A DNA stretch of 64,000 nt from Eledone cirrhosa (lineage: Eukaryota): positions 274,102,001-274,166,000 of the forward strand of contig OZ024742.1 of assembly GCA_964016885.1 (NCBI GenBank). Direction: 5' to 3'. This document shows positions 49,476-61,192 of this stretch, one piece after another; the first letter of the stretch is position 1, and every line of letters begins with the position of its first letter. Below the pieces are notes generated by a model. It saw nothing but the letters and a program-made list of their open reading frames with translations, had not been told where the DNA came from and did not search any database. The position numbers and the translations under genes are program-made.

Positions 49476-52400
49476 TTACAGTTGCATTTAACTTGCTTTA
49501 TGTTCATACGAGTTATCACCAAGTCACAACCAGTGACCTCAAGAGACAACAAGGTCCGCCATGTTCAAGAAAGAACATACATACTCACACATGCATCTTT
49601 AGTGTTTAGACTTGTGATGTACTTATATTGACAGAATCTTCCTTAGTATATGGGCAGTTCCCATTAGTACTATCTTTTGTATTTCTCCTATACGCGGGTT
49701 TCCTGGGATTTGCGATAAGTAATAATTAGACCCCTTAGGTATCATTCCCAGAGCGCCTACAACCACTGGTATTGTTTTAGTTCTCAGTTTCCACATGTTT
49801 CCAATTTCTATCTCCAGGTCCTTATACTTGCTCAATTTTTCAAATGTTTTTATAGATACATTCTTGTCTATTGGAACGGACATATCAATTAGCAGGCATA
49901 CCCTCTTTTTAAAGTCCTTCAATATTATATCAGGTCTATAAAAATAGATATTTTTCGGTCTGTTTGGATGCTAAAGTTCCACAAGATTGAGATGTGATAT
50001 TTTTTCAAGTATGGGAGGTGGTTGATGCTCCCACCAATTCTTTTGATGGGGCAGGTCAAAATGCTTACACATTATCCAATGTATGTATTGTGCAGCTCTG
50101 TCATGCCTGTTTAGGTATTCGGTTGGAGCTATAGGACTGCACATTGAAATTATATGGTCAATCGTCTCTGGTTGTTTTTTGCATACACGTCATAATGGGC
50201 TGCATCCATTTTTTATTATGTTGGCTTGGTAATTTTTTGTTTGCAGACACTGATCTTGTGCTGATATAATCAGTCCTTCAGTCTCCGATTTCAGTCCAGA
50301 GGATGCCAACCACTGATGGGTTAAAGTTTTGTCAACATCAGGATTGTTAGCTCGTTCTGGGTATTTTCCATACAGAGGCTTTTCTTGCCATTTCTTAGCC
50401 AGTTTCTGTAGCAGTTCTTTCTTTGCGGTTACTTTTACCTGCTTTGCTTTTTCTGTGTTTTCCATTTCAGCAGTAAATGGGACTTCTGAAATTTGTAGTC
50501 CATTACTGTATCTTTGTGCATCTTTTGTAATGGAATATGATCTTTTGATGCTTTCGTGTTTCAAAACGAGTTTGATCATCCAATCATGTGATTCCCTTAG
50601 ATATGTAGATAATCCAATTGTTTCAGTTTTCAACGCAATGTCTAACTGGACTAACCCACGTCCTCCTTCTTTCCTAGGGAGATATATTCTATCTATATCT
50701 GCCTTTGGGTGATGCATTCTGTGCATGGTTAAGAATTTTCGAATTTTTTTATCGAGCCTACGGATCTCTGTGCTTGACTAGTTGATGACATTGTAACTGT
50801 AGGTTACTAATGGTATGGCAAGTATGTTTATGGCATCGATCCTATTCCTTGCATTCAATTCCGTTCTTAAGATTGCTCTTACTCTGCGGTAACATTCCTT
50901 CCTTATCCTTTCCCTCATTGTCGAGTTCTTGATTCCGTCTCCTTCACAAACACCTAGATATTTGTAAGTTTTTTCTTGATCAAGTTCTCTTATCATGTTC
51001 CCCCGATCAAGATTAATGCCTGGACTCTTCAGCAGCTTTCCTCTGGTGAACGTTGCTTTGGCGCATTTATCTAGTCCAAACTCCATTTTAATGTCATCAC
51101 TGAACTGCTCCAGAATTGTTCATCATTTTTTGCAAATAGTTTCAGGTCATCCATATAGAACAAGTGATTAATGGTTTTGTCATAGACTTTATATCCATGT
51201 TTTGTTTCATTGAGCATTTTACTTAATGGTATAAGTGCGATGCAAAATAAAAGCGGTGATAAAGAGTCACCCTGAAAAATTCCACAATTAATATTAACTT
51301 CTCCAGCTTCCAGTGATTTTGTTTCACTATTCAAAAGGAATGTCGTTTTCCATGTCTTCATACTGAATGACAAAAACCTCCTGACAACGGGGGATACTTT
51401 GAAAATCTCTAAACATTTCTCAATCCAACTGTGTGGCAAACTATCGAATGCTTTTTTTATAATCTAACCAAGCAATTGATAGATTTTTGTGTCTATTATG
51501 ACAATCTTCCAGTATCATTTTGTTAACCAAAAGCTGATCCCTACAGCCATATGAGCCTCGTTTACACCCTTTCTGCTCAATGGGAAATAGGCCATTTGTT
51601 ATCAGGTGGTCATATGTGTATTCAGTTAGGACTGATGTTAAAATTTTATACATTGTGGTCAAGCAAGTTATCGGTCTGTAATTTTTGAGATTGTTTGTCT
51701 CATCATTCATCGGAAGCAGGAATGTAATGCCGTTAACTAGCCATGATGGTAGCTTTTCTGGCTCCTTAACTATTTCATTGTAAAGTTGGCCTAACAACTC
51801 ATGAGATCCTGCGAAGGCATTTATCCAAACATTTTGTATTTTGTCTTTTCCTGGAGATTTCCATTTGCTGGTTTTTCTTAGAGCCAAGCGCAACTGTTCA
51901 ACTGTTATGTTTTCCCATATTTGTTCCTCAAGGTGAGCTGTATCTTTCATTTGTCTGTCTATCCATGGGGCATGTATGTTATGAACTTTTTCTTCGGCCC
52001 AGATCTTTTCCCAGAATTCTTGCACTTCCTCCTTGGGTGATATTTATTTAGCAGTTATTGTTGACTTACCAATTTTTCTGTAGAAGTTTCTTTGGTTGTT
52101 TTTGAACATATTATTGTCCTTATAGAATCTAGATCGTTTTTCAAAGCGCCTTATACGAGCAGCTTTGGCCGACACTTTTTCCTTGATTATTTCTATCAGC
52201 ATGTCTATGTCACTTGTTGATTTTATATTATACTTTCTTTTCAATTTTCTAAGTTTAGTTTGTTTCACATGTTCACCTACTTTATAGTTTGTTAAAATTT
52301 CTATGTCAGATCGGAGAAGGTTTATTTGGCGATTGATGTTCTCTTGCCAAGTAGATTTCTTGTGGGAATTCCTTTGTTTTTTCATCTTCACTCCACATAA

Positions 52401-53328
52401 GTGAGTGGTGACTTTAGCCGATGCATAATAGAGATGATTTAAATCAGTAATGTTTAGTTTGTTTGTGATGATAATGTTTTTGAGAATTATGTTAGTCTTG
52501 TGTATTATCTTTTGGTTCTGTTTGGAGTTCTGGATCTTAGGGAGGGTGTCTCGTTGCCCCATGTCAGATTCTTTCATTTTCATCCATTCAATCATAATTT
52601 CATCCTTCAAGTTGGCAAGTTCATTCTCATTCATTTCTTTATCATTTACTATCTCATTTTCATTTGGATTTTCATCTTGAGCATGCACTCCCTCCACTTT
52701 TTCGATCCTTTCTTTAATTTGTTCTGTTGCCAGTGATTCCGCCCCAACCCTGGGATTCGAAGTGTTACAATTTACCTCGTTTTCACTGACACATGTTTCA
52801 TTTTCCCTTCGCTGACTTTGTGCTAATAGCTTGATCTGATCAATTTCTATATCAGTTAGTAACTTTTTTCTTACAATATTTCTTCGTATATTGGCTAGTT
52901 TGTTACTGTCAATATAGCCTCTGTTTTCGGGATGTTTCTTTTTCCAGTTGATATATGTCTGTTCTGTATTCGAGGTATTTGATGGGTAGTACATGGCAGT
53001 GTAGAAAGCCTCAAGGACTTCTTTATTATCTTCCCTTGACCATTTTCTCTCTTTTTTTTTGGATTTCTGGATGGTGAGCATGGAGGGCCAACAGTAGGAG
53101 TATTCCGGTTATGGGAGGTCTCCAGCCCCGAGGTGATGGGAAGGTTTGAACCATTAGCTGATTTTTCGACCCCAGTCTGGTTCCTCTCTGAGGGACGCGG
53201 CCCTTTTTTACCCGGGTGACGGCCGATCCGGTATGAGATTTTATCATTAGACATTTACTTTATTTTGTCGCGTTTTATCCTTATCCGCCAAGGGGTAATC
53301 ATTTCGTGTTACCACTTCTAATATCTAA
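49476..53328 (-). mobile_element. Full-length (about 3.85 kb) R4/Dong-like element family B, frameshifted
   Basis: ORF pieces 53254 to 49623: N-terminal domain, KSPGKDKI, YRPITCL, EQKGC, DYKK, QGDSLSP, YMDD, knuckle and RLE. (TTA)n on both flanks. Confidence 0.92.
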
Positions 53329-53360
53329 TTATTATTATTATTATTATTATTATTATTGTT

Positions 53361-56300
53361 ATTGGCGACCTACGTAGGAAATTGTATCATCGTGAGCTCC
53401 GCAAATGTTGTTTTCGTTTGTTTAAAATTGCCATTTATGGAAAATGTTTGTTGTTAAATCTTTATAAGGTCACAAAATTTGCTTTCAGAAAAGGACACTC
53501 AAAATATTGGGGCCTTGAAGTCAAAATTAAAACTTTTTATAATTATCAAACAAAATACATTTTTGAAAAATCATGGACGACTCACAGCCACATGTTCCTC
53601 ACAAACTAACACCTCACACCAACACCACCTTTGTAAATATTACTACGTTTCGCAACACTATCAATATAAACAGTAGCAATAATTTAAATTTGTCTCATGC
53701 AGACATTCATTTCCCGCCATTACCAATGACTGCACGTGTTGAAGCCACGACCCCCACCACCACAGCGACAACAGAAACAAAAGAAAAAATGAATTATCTC
53801 GTGACATCGAAATGGATTCACCCAGAATGGACTCTTCCACACCGAACACCACTGACGCCACCACCACCACAACTGAAACTAAAAATAACAATAACAAAAA
53901 TAACGATAACAACAACAGCACCAACAACAATGAGAATAAGAAAACCACCGTGTCTTTTGCCAAAGCAGCAAAAAAGTGCGAAGCAATCCAGGTAACTCAG
54001 GAGGAATTAGATGAAGCCAAGAGAATGGTAAACAAAGATGGATATATAGTCAGCCCCCCACCCACCTAATAAAATGGAGCATCGGCGCCTATGCACCGTG
54101 TCTTATCGGACGATTAACATGAAATCGTGCCCAGTGGAACGGGCATCCGAGTCGCAAATCCAAAAAGCTTTGGGACATGTGTGGCCAAAAAACTCACATC
54201 AGACGTGGGCAGAAGTATGGAACCGTGGACGTGTTCTTTGAAACACCACAGGAGGCTAGAGAACACTCCATGGCCCCATTAAGAAGTGACGATTTCACAC
54301 TCGTCCCAAGCTATTGTGGCCAGAGACTTGTGAAGATCAGGGTGACCCACGTTCCACCGGCCATCGAAATTCCCTGGCTAATGGCTGCCGTCCTCGCCGG
54401 CATCGAGGCCAACACCAAGATAATCGAAATAGCAGGAGAACTGGTCCGGACCTGGGATGGATCTCCTGATCCAAGCGGAACAAAACAGATTTGAGGATAT
54501 CCCAGAGGTAATAGACCTAACTGACGGCAGCCACCTCACCGTAATCATCGAGGGCAGAAGCCCTAGGTGTGTCGTCTGTGGTGAAGGAACCCACCTAAGG
54601 GCTTTCTTCCCTCAGGCTAAAAGGTTGAGACCACCTCTCCTACCCACCACAGTGACTCAAGCATCAACACCAGCAGCAGCAGAAATGGAAGCAACAACTG
54701 TAGCAGCAATAACAGAAGCAACTGGTACAACAACAACCCCAGCAACAGTAGCAAAACCAAGACCACCACCACCCAACGCGCCAGAACTAGCACCAGCGCC
54801 TACACCATCCACCACGCGACAACCAAAACCAACGCCTGTGGAGCATTTTCCACTCCCCGACCTATCGCAACTGGAAACAGATTGTGACGACGAGGAGTGG
54901 GAAACGGTATCGGGAAAAAAGAAAAAAAACGAAAAAGAAGCCAAAAGAGAAAAAATCATATTCCTTCCCCCTCCAAAAACAAAATACAGAGGGAAACAAC
55001 TAAACCATCAAACAAAAAAGTTAGGACAGCTATGCCACCATCCACACCAGCATCACCAACCCCATCACCACAAACACCATCACCATCACCATCATTAACC
55101 CCAATAGCACCATCACCAACACCACAAAAGTCACCAAAAAGCGTAACAGAAACAAACCCACAACGAACGAAAACAAAACAAAACAACCAAACCGATACAC
55201 ACTACACAGCATTACATGTGAACAACAACCAATGATTACACTACATCCAACACAACACCAGCATCACAGAAAAAGACTACACAACACCCCAAAAGTTCAC
55301 ACCACCTTTTACAAATCACTCGCATTACATACACCTCACTAAAACAAAAATTCCCCAAAGACATCGGAGACTTCCGACAAGCACTCTCCAGGAGGATTTA
55401 TAAGGACATCCTTCCGGAGGAGGCCACAAGCAGTGAAATAGGATGGAGAAACCATCCTTCCGCTAAGAGAAGTAAGGTAGGTGGTCTTTCCCATCTGTTC
55501 CACTCCACTTCAACATGACCTCATTCAGAATACGCAACATAAATGCGCGTGGCTTGGGGTCGTCATGGAAGCAGGGCCACCTACACAACCACTTCAGGTC
55601 ACTAAACATAGATGTAGTGGCCAACAGCGAGACCAGAATCTCCGAAGCACGAGCCTTCGCACCGATCTTCGGCGGCTACGATGTGTACGCATCTCCCAGT
55701 AGTCCTGGATCGGGGGGGGGGGGAGTTGCTGTGCTTTATCGGAGAAGTTTGGTTCTCGCCATACGGGCCATCTTCCTGGACCCAGAATGTAAGTTGGTGG
55801 TGCTGGACGTTACCAGTGCGGACTGGCAGGCTTTCAGGCTAGTGGCCGTCTATGCCCCGACAGAAGCAGGGCGGCTTGATTTCTTCCGGCGTCTGGAGAC
55901 CTTTCTTGGAACGTCCCGCTCTTTAGTGTTAGTGGGCGACTGGAACGGGATCTTAGATGCACGCTGGGACTGTGTGGGATTAGCGGTTAGGAGAGGAGGG
56001 TGCAAGAGCCTCACCAACCTGCTCAGGCGTTTTGAACTGTCTGACAGGTACCGATTGGATTTCCTGAATGTGCCAATGTGGACTTGGACAAATCGTATAG
56101 GGTCATCCAGATCATATCTAGATAGAGTATTTTGTAGGAAAATAGATAGGTCTAGCATAGGCTGTCCACAATTCAAGATAGTCAGCTACACGGACCACAA
56201 ATTCGTGATCTGTGTGCTTGATTTAGATAGGCTTCATAGACGAAGACCCGGCTACTGAAAGCAAAACGCATCCTTACCATCGCGCACGGCCTACAGAGTC

Positions 56301-59145
56301 CGGATTAGCGAACTAGTTAAGCGGGCGTTGACGTGGGCCATCGTCAACAACAATTGGTGGTTTGCTCTGAAAAGAACGATTAGAATAGAGTCCATTAGGT
56401 TTAGTAAGGGTTTAGCAATAGAGAAAAATAGAGCAGAGGGAGAATTAGTTAGAAAATTAGACGAGGCGCTTAGCAAAGGCATCGCGACCGACGTACTTGC
56501 GGCGAAATTGGCCCTTGACCAATTCTTCAATGCAAACCACGAGGCTGCGTTGACAGAGATAGAGTGCGTGCTCTCAGACACGAGGGGACGAAAGCCGTTC
56601 AATGGGCCCGAGTGGCGGAGGCGCGTCGTGGCAACAAAGCCACGATCCGGTCTTTGGTGGACCACGACGGGCGACTGCTACTCGATCTCGGATAAATGTT
56701 TGAAGTTTTTCAGCGACACTTCACGCAGTTGTTCGGGGTCAGCGGCGGACCGGATCGTGGGATGGACTTTAGTGCCTACCTCGACGGCTGCCGCGGCTCT
56801 CGGCCACTGAAGCGGAGTGTTGCGAAAAGCCGATAACAGCCGCTGAAGTACAGGAGGCAATGACTGGCTGCACAAGGGGTAAATCGCCTGGTTTGGATGC
56901 TCTGCCCTATGAACTTTACGTACAGATGCCAGACTTGTTCGGAGGCCTCTTGGTGGACGTCTACTGCAACTGGCAACAGAACGGGAGAATTCTCAGCTCT
57001 GTGAGCTGAGCAGCTGTGGCGCTACTGAGAAAGGATCCGAACAAGGGGGATAACATAGATAATTTCAGGCCCATAACTCTGCTAAACACATGGTTCAAGA
57101 TTTTTGAAAAGGTGCTAGCAAAGAGGTTGGCACTTGTAGTTGGTGGTCTGGTGGGTGAGTTGCAGACATGCGCCATTCGCGACAGATCCATCCACGACAA
57201 CCTCCACCTCAAGTGATACAACTTGTAGAGGGTAGCTAAGGACCTGGCACGGGTGCGTCCATCATCAATTTAGATTAGTAGAAAGCTTTCGATAGTGTCG
57301 ACAATCGTTACCTAGCGGCAGTTCTGAGGGCGGTTGGCTTCGGGCCCGTCTTTAGAGGCTGGATCGCTGCCATGCACAGCAACATCTGCTCTGTGGCGAG
57401 AGTGAACGGTCACTTTTCGGAACCGTTCAACATCATGCGCTCGGTCCGCATAGGATGTCCCCTCTCGTCCCTCTTGTACGTTGAGGGTGGTCCCCCGCGA
57501 ACTAGGATGCGGAAGATCCATGTCAGCATATGCGGACGATGTAACCGTAGTGGTGTCGAACGCGAAACACACCTAGGCGATCGGTACTACACTAAGAGAA
57601 TACAAAGCGTTGACAGTAGCAATGATCAACCAGGAAAAGTCAGTGGGCCTGCAGCCCTGCACCTGTGGAGGCAGGTCCATGTCGTCCAACAGCGTCATCG
57701 GGCGCTGGACGGAAGGACCGGTTAAATTGCTAGGGTCTGGTTCGGTCCGGACCTCCAGACGGACAAAATCTAGGACGAGGTGACGAGCAGGATGGCTTCT
57801 CTCACCCAGAAATGGGCCGAGAGGATAGCTGTCCCTGAAAGGTCGAGTGGAGGTGGCTACCGCGTACATCGCGTCCGTCATCTACTACCGCCTGACCGTC
57901 GTACCTTGTCCTAAGCCCCTCCTGACTGCGCTGGAGCGTTTGCTCTTTCGCTTTTTGTGGAAGGGACGCGCTCCGATGGTCAGGCGGTCCATCTGCTATC
58001 AACACCCGCTACGTGGAGGGCTGGGCATGCCGAGGCTGATGATGCGCAGACACGCGCTCAGGCTACGACATCTCCAACTCTTCCTCGACGGTGATCAGGT
58101 CTGGTTGCCGTTTGCTAGACGCGTCTTTCCCCAGCTCGTCTCTTTGACGGAGCTGCAGTCCTGGATCAAGCGAAGACCGAGAGGGAACGCTTGGAGACTG
58201 GAATGTCTTCAGGCGCTCACAGCCCTCGACCAATCGGGCCTTGTGATCGGTGGAAACTTCAACTTGGCGTTCTATATAAAATTAGTGGAGGGGAAGAGCG
58301 ACGACGTACTTGCGGAAACACTAGGCGTCGACGAAAATCAACTAGCCAATCTCTTTGGAAGAACTTTCGGGCCGGGGCCTATGGACAACTTCCAGAAATC
58401 CATGGCCTGGCATTGCTACCGAGGATCTTTGCCAGTTCGGAATAAACTCTACAGGCATGGAGGTGCCGTCAGCCGGGCATGTCCGAGATGCGCGCAGGGC
58501 GACGAAACCGTCCTGCACGCACTCGTTCAGTGTCCGAGCATTGCTGTCTTGTGGGTTTATGTCGAACACCTGCTGTCGCGTGTAGGACGAATCCGGCCAT
58601 CATCTGACTTTTTCGTGAGGATTGCCCCGCCCTCTTCCTTTAGCCGGGAAAGGCAGTCAGTTTTTATCTGTCTGGTGGCCATGGCGAAAGAGATAGTATG
58701 GTGGACACGTTTGAAAGGGCTGAAGACGTGCACTTACCTCTTCGGTGATGCCCTGATTAACTTTTTCAAATTTCATTTGAAAAGGAAAATCAGGGTAAAG
58801 AGGGAAGTGCTCTCTTCCCAGCATTTTGTTGAAAGATGGGTGAGAGAGGCAAGAATAGGCCGAGTGAATGGGCCTACTCTGAGTATGTGTCTGTAAATTA
58901 AAGGTGGAAACCTGGGAGAGGGCACTTGCCCTGGTGGTCAGGGTCACTGTCGCTTTTTAATGGGCTTTCTCAACGAATGTCTCTCGGAAGTCACCCCCTA
59001 TTGATGAATTTTTTCATTGTTCTATTATTACATCCTCTGTTTTTTGTTTTTTTTACTCGCAGAAATGCCTTTTTGTACCGTCCTGTATTGTTATGTACTG
59101 TCCTTAATGTCAACTTTGTGTAAACCCTTGTGGTTAATAAAGAAA
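53361..59145 (+). mobile_element. Full-length but decayed Tx1-like element (copy 3), in (TTA)n
   Basis: ORF1 remnants (VSFAKAAKK, CVVCGEGTHL). ORF2 starts at ATG 55515 (INARGL, GDWN, YLDRVF, TDHK). C-terminus 57847-58896. Ends ACCCTTGTGGTTAATAAAGAAA. Confidence 0.9.
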
Positions 59146-59299
59146 GCGTTATTATTATCATTGTGAGGGTTGTTTTCTGCTAGCATGTGTAGTGTGTATG
59201 TTGATATTATACGCAAGTACTTATGCGTGGTTTTGTCTTTGCGTGTAATTGTTTTCCCCGCTCCAAATATTGACGGATTATCTTCGTTTTTTTTTCGTT

Positions 59300-59472
59300 C
59301 TTTGCCAGGAAACGTTTCCACGAACCAAAGTATCGTCTTCCTGTCTTCCTTCGGTTGCAACGTTTTTCGAAATATTTACTTCTGCGTTCACAGATTGATT
59401 ATTTTAGTTTCAGAAGATCCCGTTAAGTGTGAAAGCAGCGATTCTTTTCTTAACCTTTAATCTGTCATTTTA
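59300..59472. repeat. Dispersed repeat shared with Helitron interiors
   Basis: Matches about 7766-7870 directly and about 14311-14612 in reverse complement. Confidence 0.7.
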
Positions 59473-59493
59473 ATAAATATATATATAAATATA

Positions 59494-59615
<122 letters not shown>

Positions 59616-59969
59616 AGAAACTTACAAAACAAACAGATTAAACATGTTCTGAATGGAAAGAAATTGAAAGAAATCAATAGACTTCTGAACCGGATTACTT
59701 TACAAACTTTGTATTCTAGTTTTATATTATCATATCCCAGATGCCATAAAATATTCGTAGACCATTATTCCAGGGTCACTTTTGAAGATTTATTGATTCG
59801 TCAAAAATAAATGTAATCCCCCATTTTGATTCTACAGACCAACATCATTTGATACCCGACGGCTCTTTGTTCTGCTTCCCTTCAATAACAGTGCTGCTAT
59901 CTCTGACGAACAAAGAAATAAATACTATTTGGCCTCCTCCTCCACCTCTCCTCTTCCTCCCCTCCTCCC

Positions 59970-59986
59970 ATTATCATCATCATCAA

Positions 59987-60019
<33 letters not shown>

Positions 60020-60093
60020 TATCATCATCATCATCATCATCCACCATCATCATCATCATCATCCACCATCACCATCATCACCATCATCATCAT
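59970..60093. repeat. (CAT)n microsatellite
   Basis: Seen directly. Confidence 0.95.
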
Positions 60094-60111
60094 TGGAAGT
60101 TGATAAAATCA

Positions 60112-60287
60112 TTGTTTCTACTTTAGGCACAAGGCCAGAAATTATCCAGTACATTACTGGTACTTTATTTTAACGACCCCGTAAGGATGAAAGGCAAAGT
60201 TAACCTCGGCGGGATTTGAACTCAGACTGTAAAGGGACGTAACTATGCTAGAAAGCATGGCGTCCAACCCTCTACCGATACTGCCAA
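60112..60287 (-). mobile_element. tRNA-derived SINE, full length (copy 9)
   Basis: Near-identical to 1606-1781. Confidence 0.85.
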
Positions 60288-60479
60288 AAATAATGCAGGA
60301 GGAAAAGAAAGAAAAATGTATGGTGTAATACATGCGCACACTGAGACTTCTTCTCACGTCGACATTGTATGACGGAATATGATGGAATCTATCAACACAT
60401 GGGTGGTATCACTCCTTGAGATATAGGGCAGGGGTGATCACGTTGACAGTGGCAGAGCTAAACACTTAACACCAAAACC

Positions 60480-61190
60480 AAGATATTGACGAGATACGGT
60501 GTATTTCAACTAAAAGACGACATGCCAGATTATATGTACCAAGAGAGTGATAAGTGTAGAATTTGTGGCCTGAATGGAGAAACTGTATGGCATATTACCA
60601 GTCAATGCACACCTCAGAAAGAATATAAGAGACGTCACAACAAGATAGCAAGAATAGTCCATTGGGCACTTTGTGTCAAATATGCACTTCAAAGAGCAGA
60701 AAAGTGGTACGAACATAACCCTGAGGGCGTTGTCGAAACTTATGATGCAGAGATCCTGTGGGACTTTGTGATACAGTGTGACTATGAGATTTCACATAGG
60801 TGACCAGATATTGTACTAATTGAGAAAGAAAACAGTGTTGAATCATAGATATAGTCTGTCCAGCTGATAAAGAAGGACAAAATATTGACAGATTAGATAG
60901 ATTAGATTGGGAGATTAAGCAGAGAAAAAGGTGATGTTAATACCAATAAGAGTTTGAGTCGTGGGAACCTTGAGTAGAGATATAGAGAAGTACATACAAA
61001 AGAAGGGATTGCAATACGGATGGCACACTTACAAAAACAGCACAGCATTGATTGGTAAATTTCGATTACGCTGGAAGGTATTCGAAAAATAAGGGGTGTT
61101 ACCTCAGTTGACTGTTAGTGAACAGCTAACACCGTAGTAAAACTCCAATGTCAGAATCAAAGCGATGAAACATCAACAACAATAATAATA
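60480..61190 (+). mobile_element. R4/Dong-like element family C, decayed 3' fragment
   Basis: CRICGLNGETVWHITSQC..YKRRHN..VHW..KWYEH..ILWDF..HR*PDIVL. (AAC/AAT)n tail. Confidence 0.8.
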
Positions 61191-61192
61191 AT

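Noticed and set aside
53140-53230. Possible HDV-like ribozyme at the 5' end of full-length Dong B
   Set aside because: A GAACCA/TGGTTC stem and a GCTAA junction are present on the minus strand, but I could not build P1, P1.1 or L3. A descriptor search is needed.
59849-60126. Poly-His and poly-Ser ORFs
   Set aside because: (CAT)n microsatellite.
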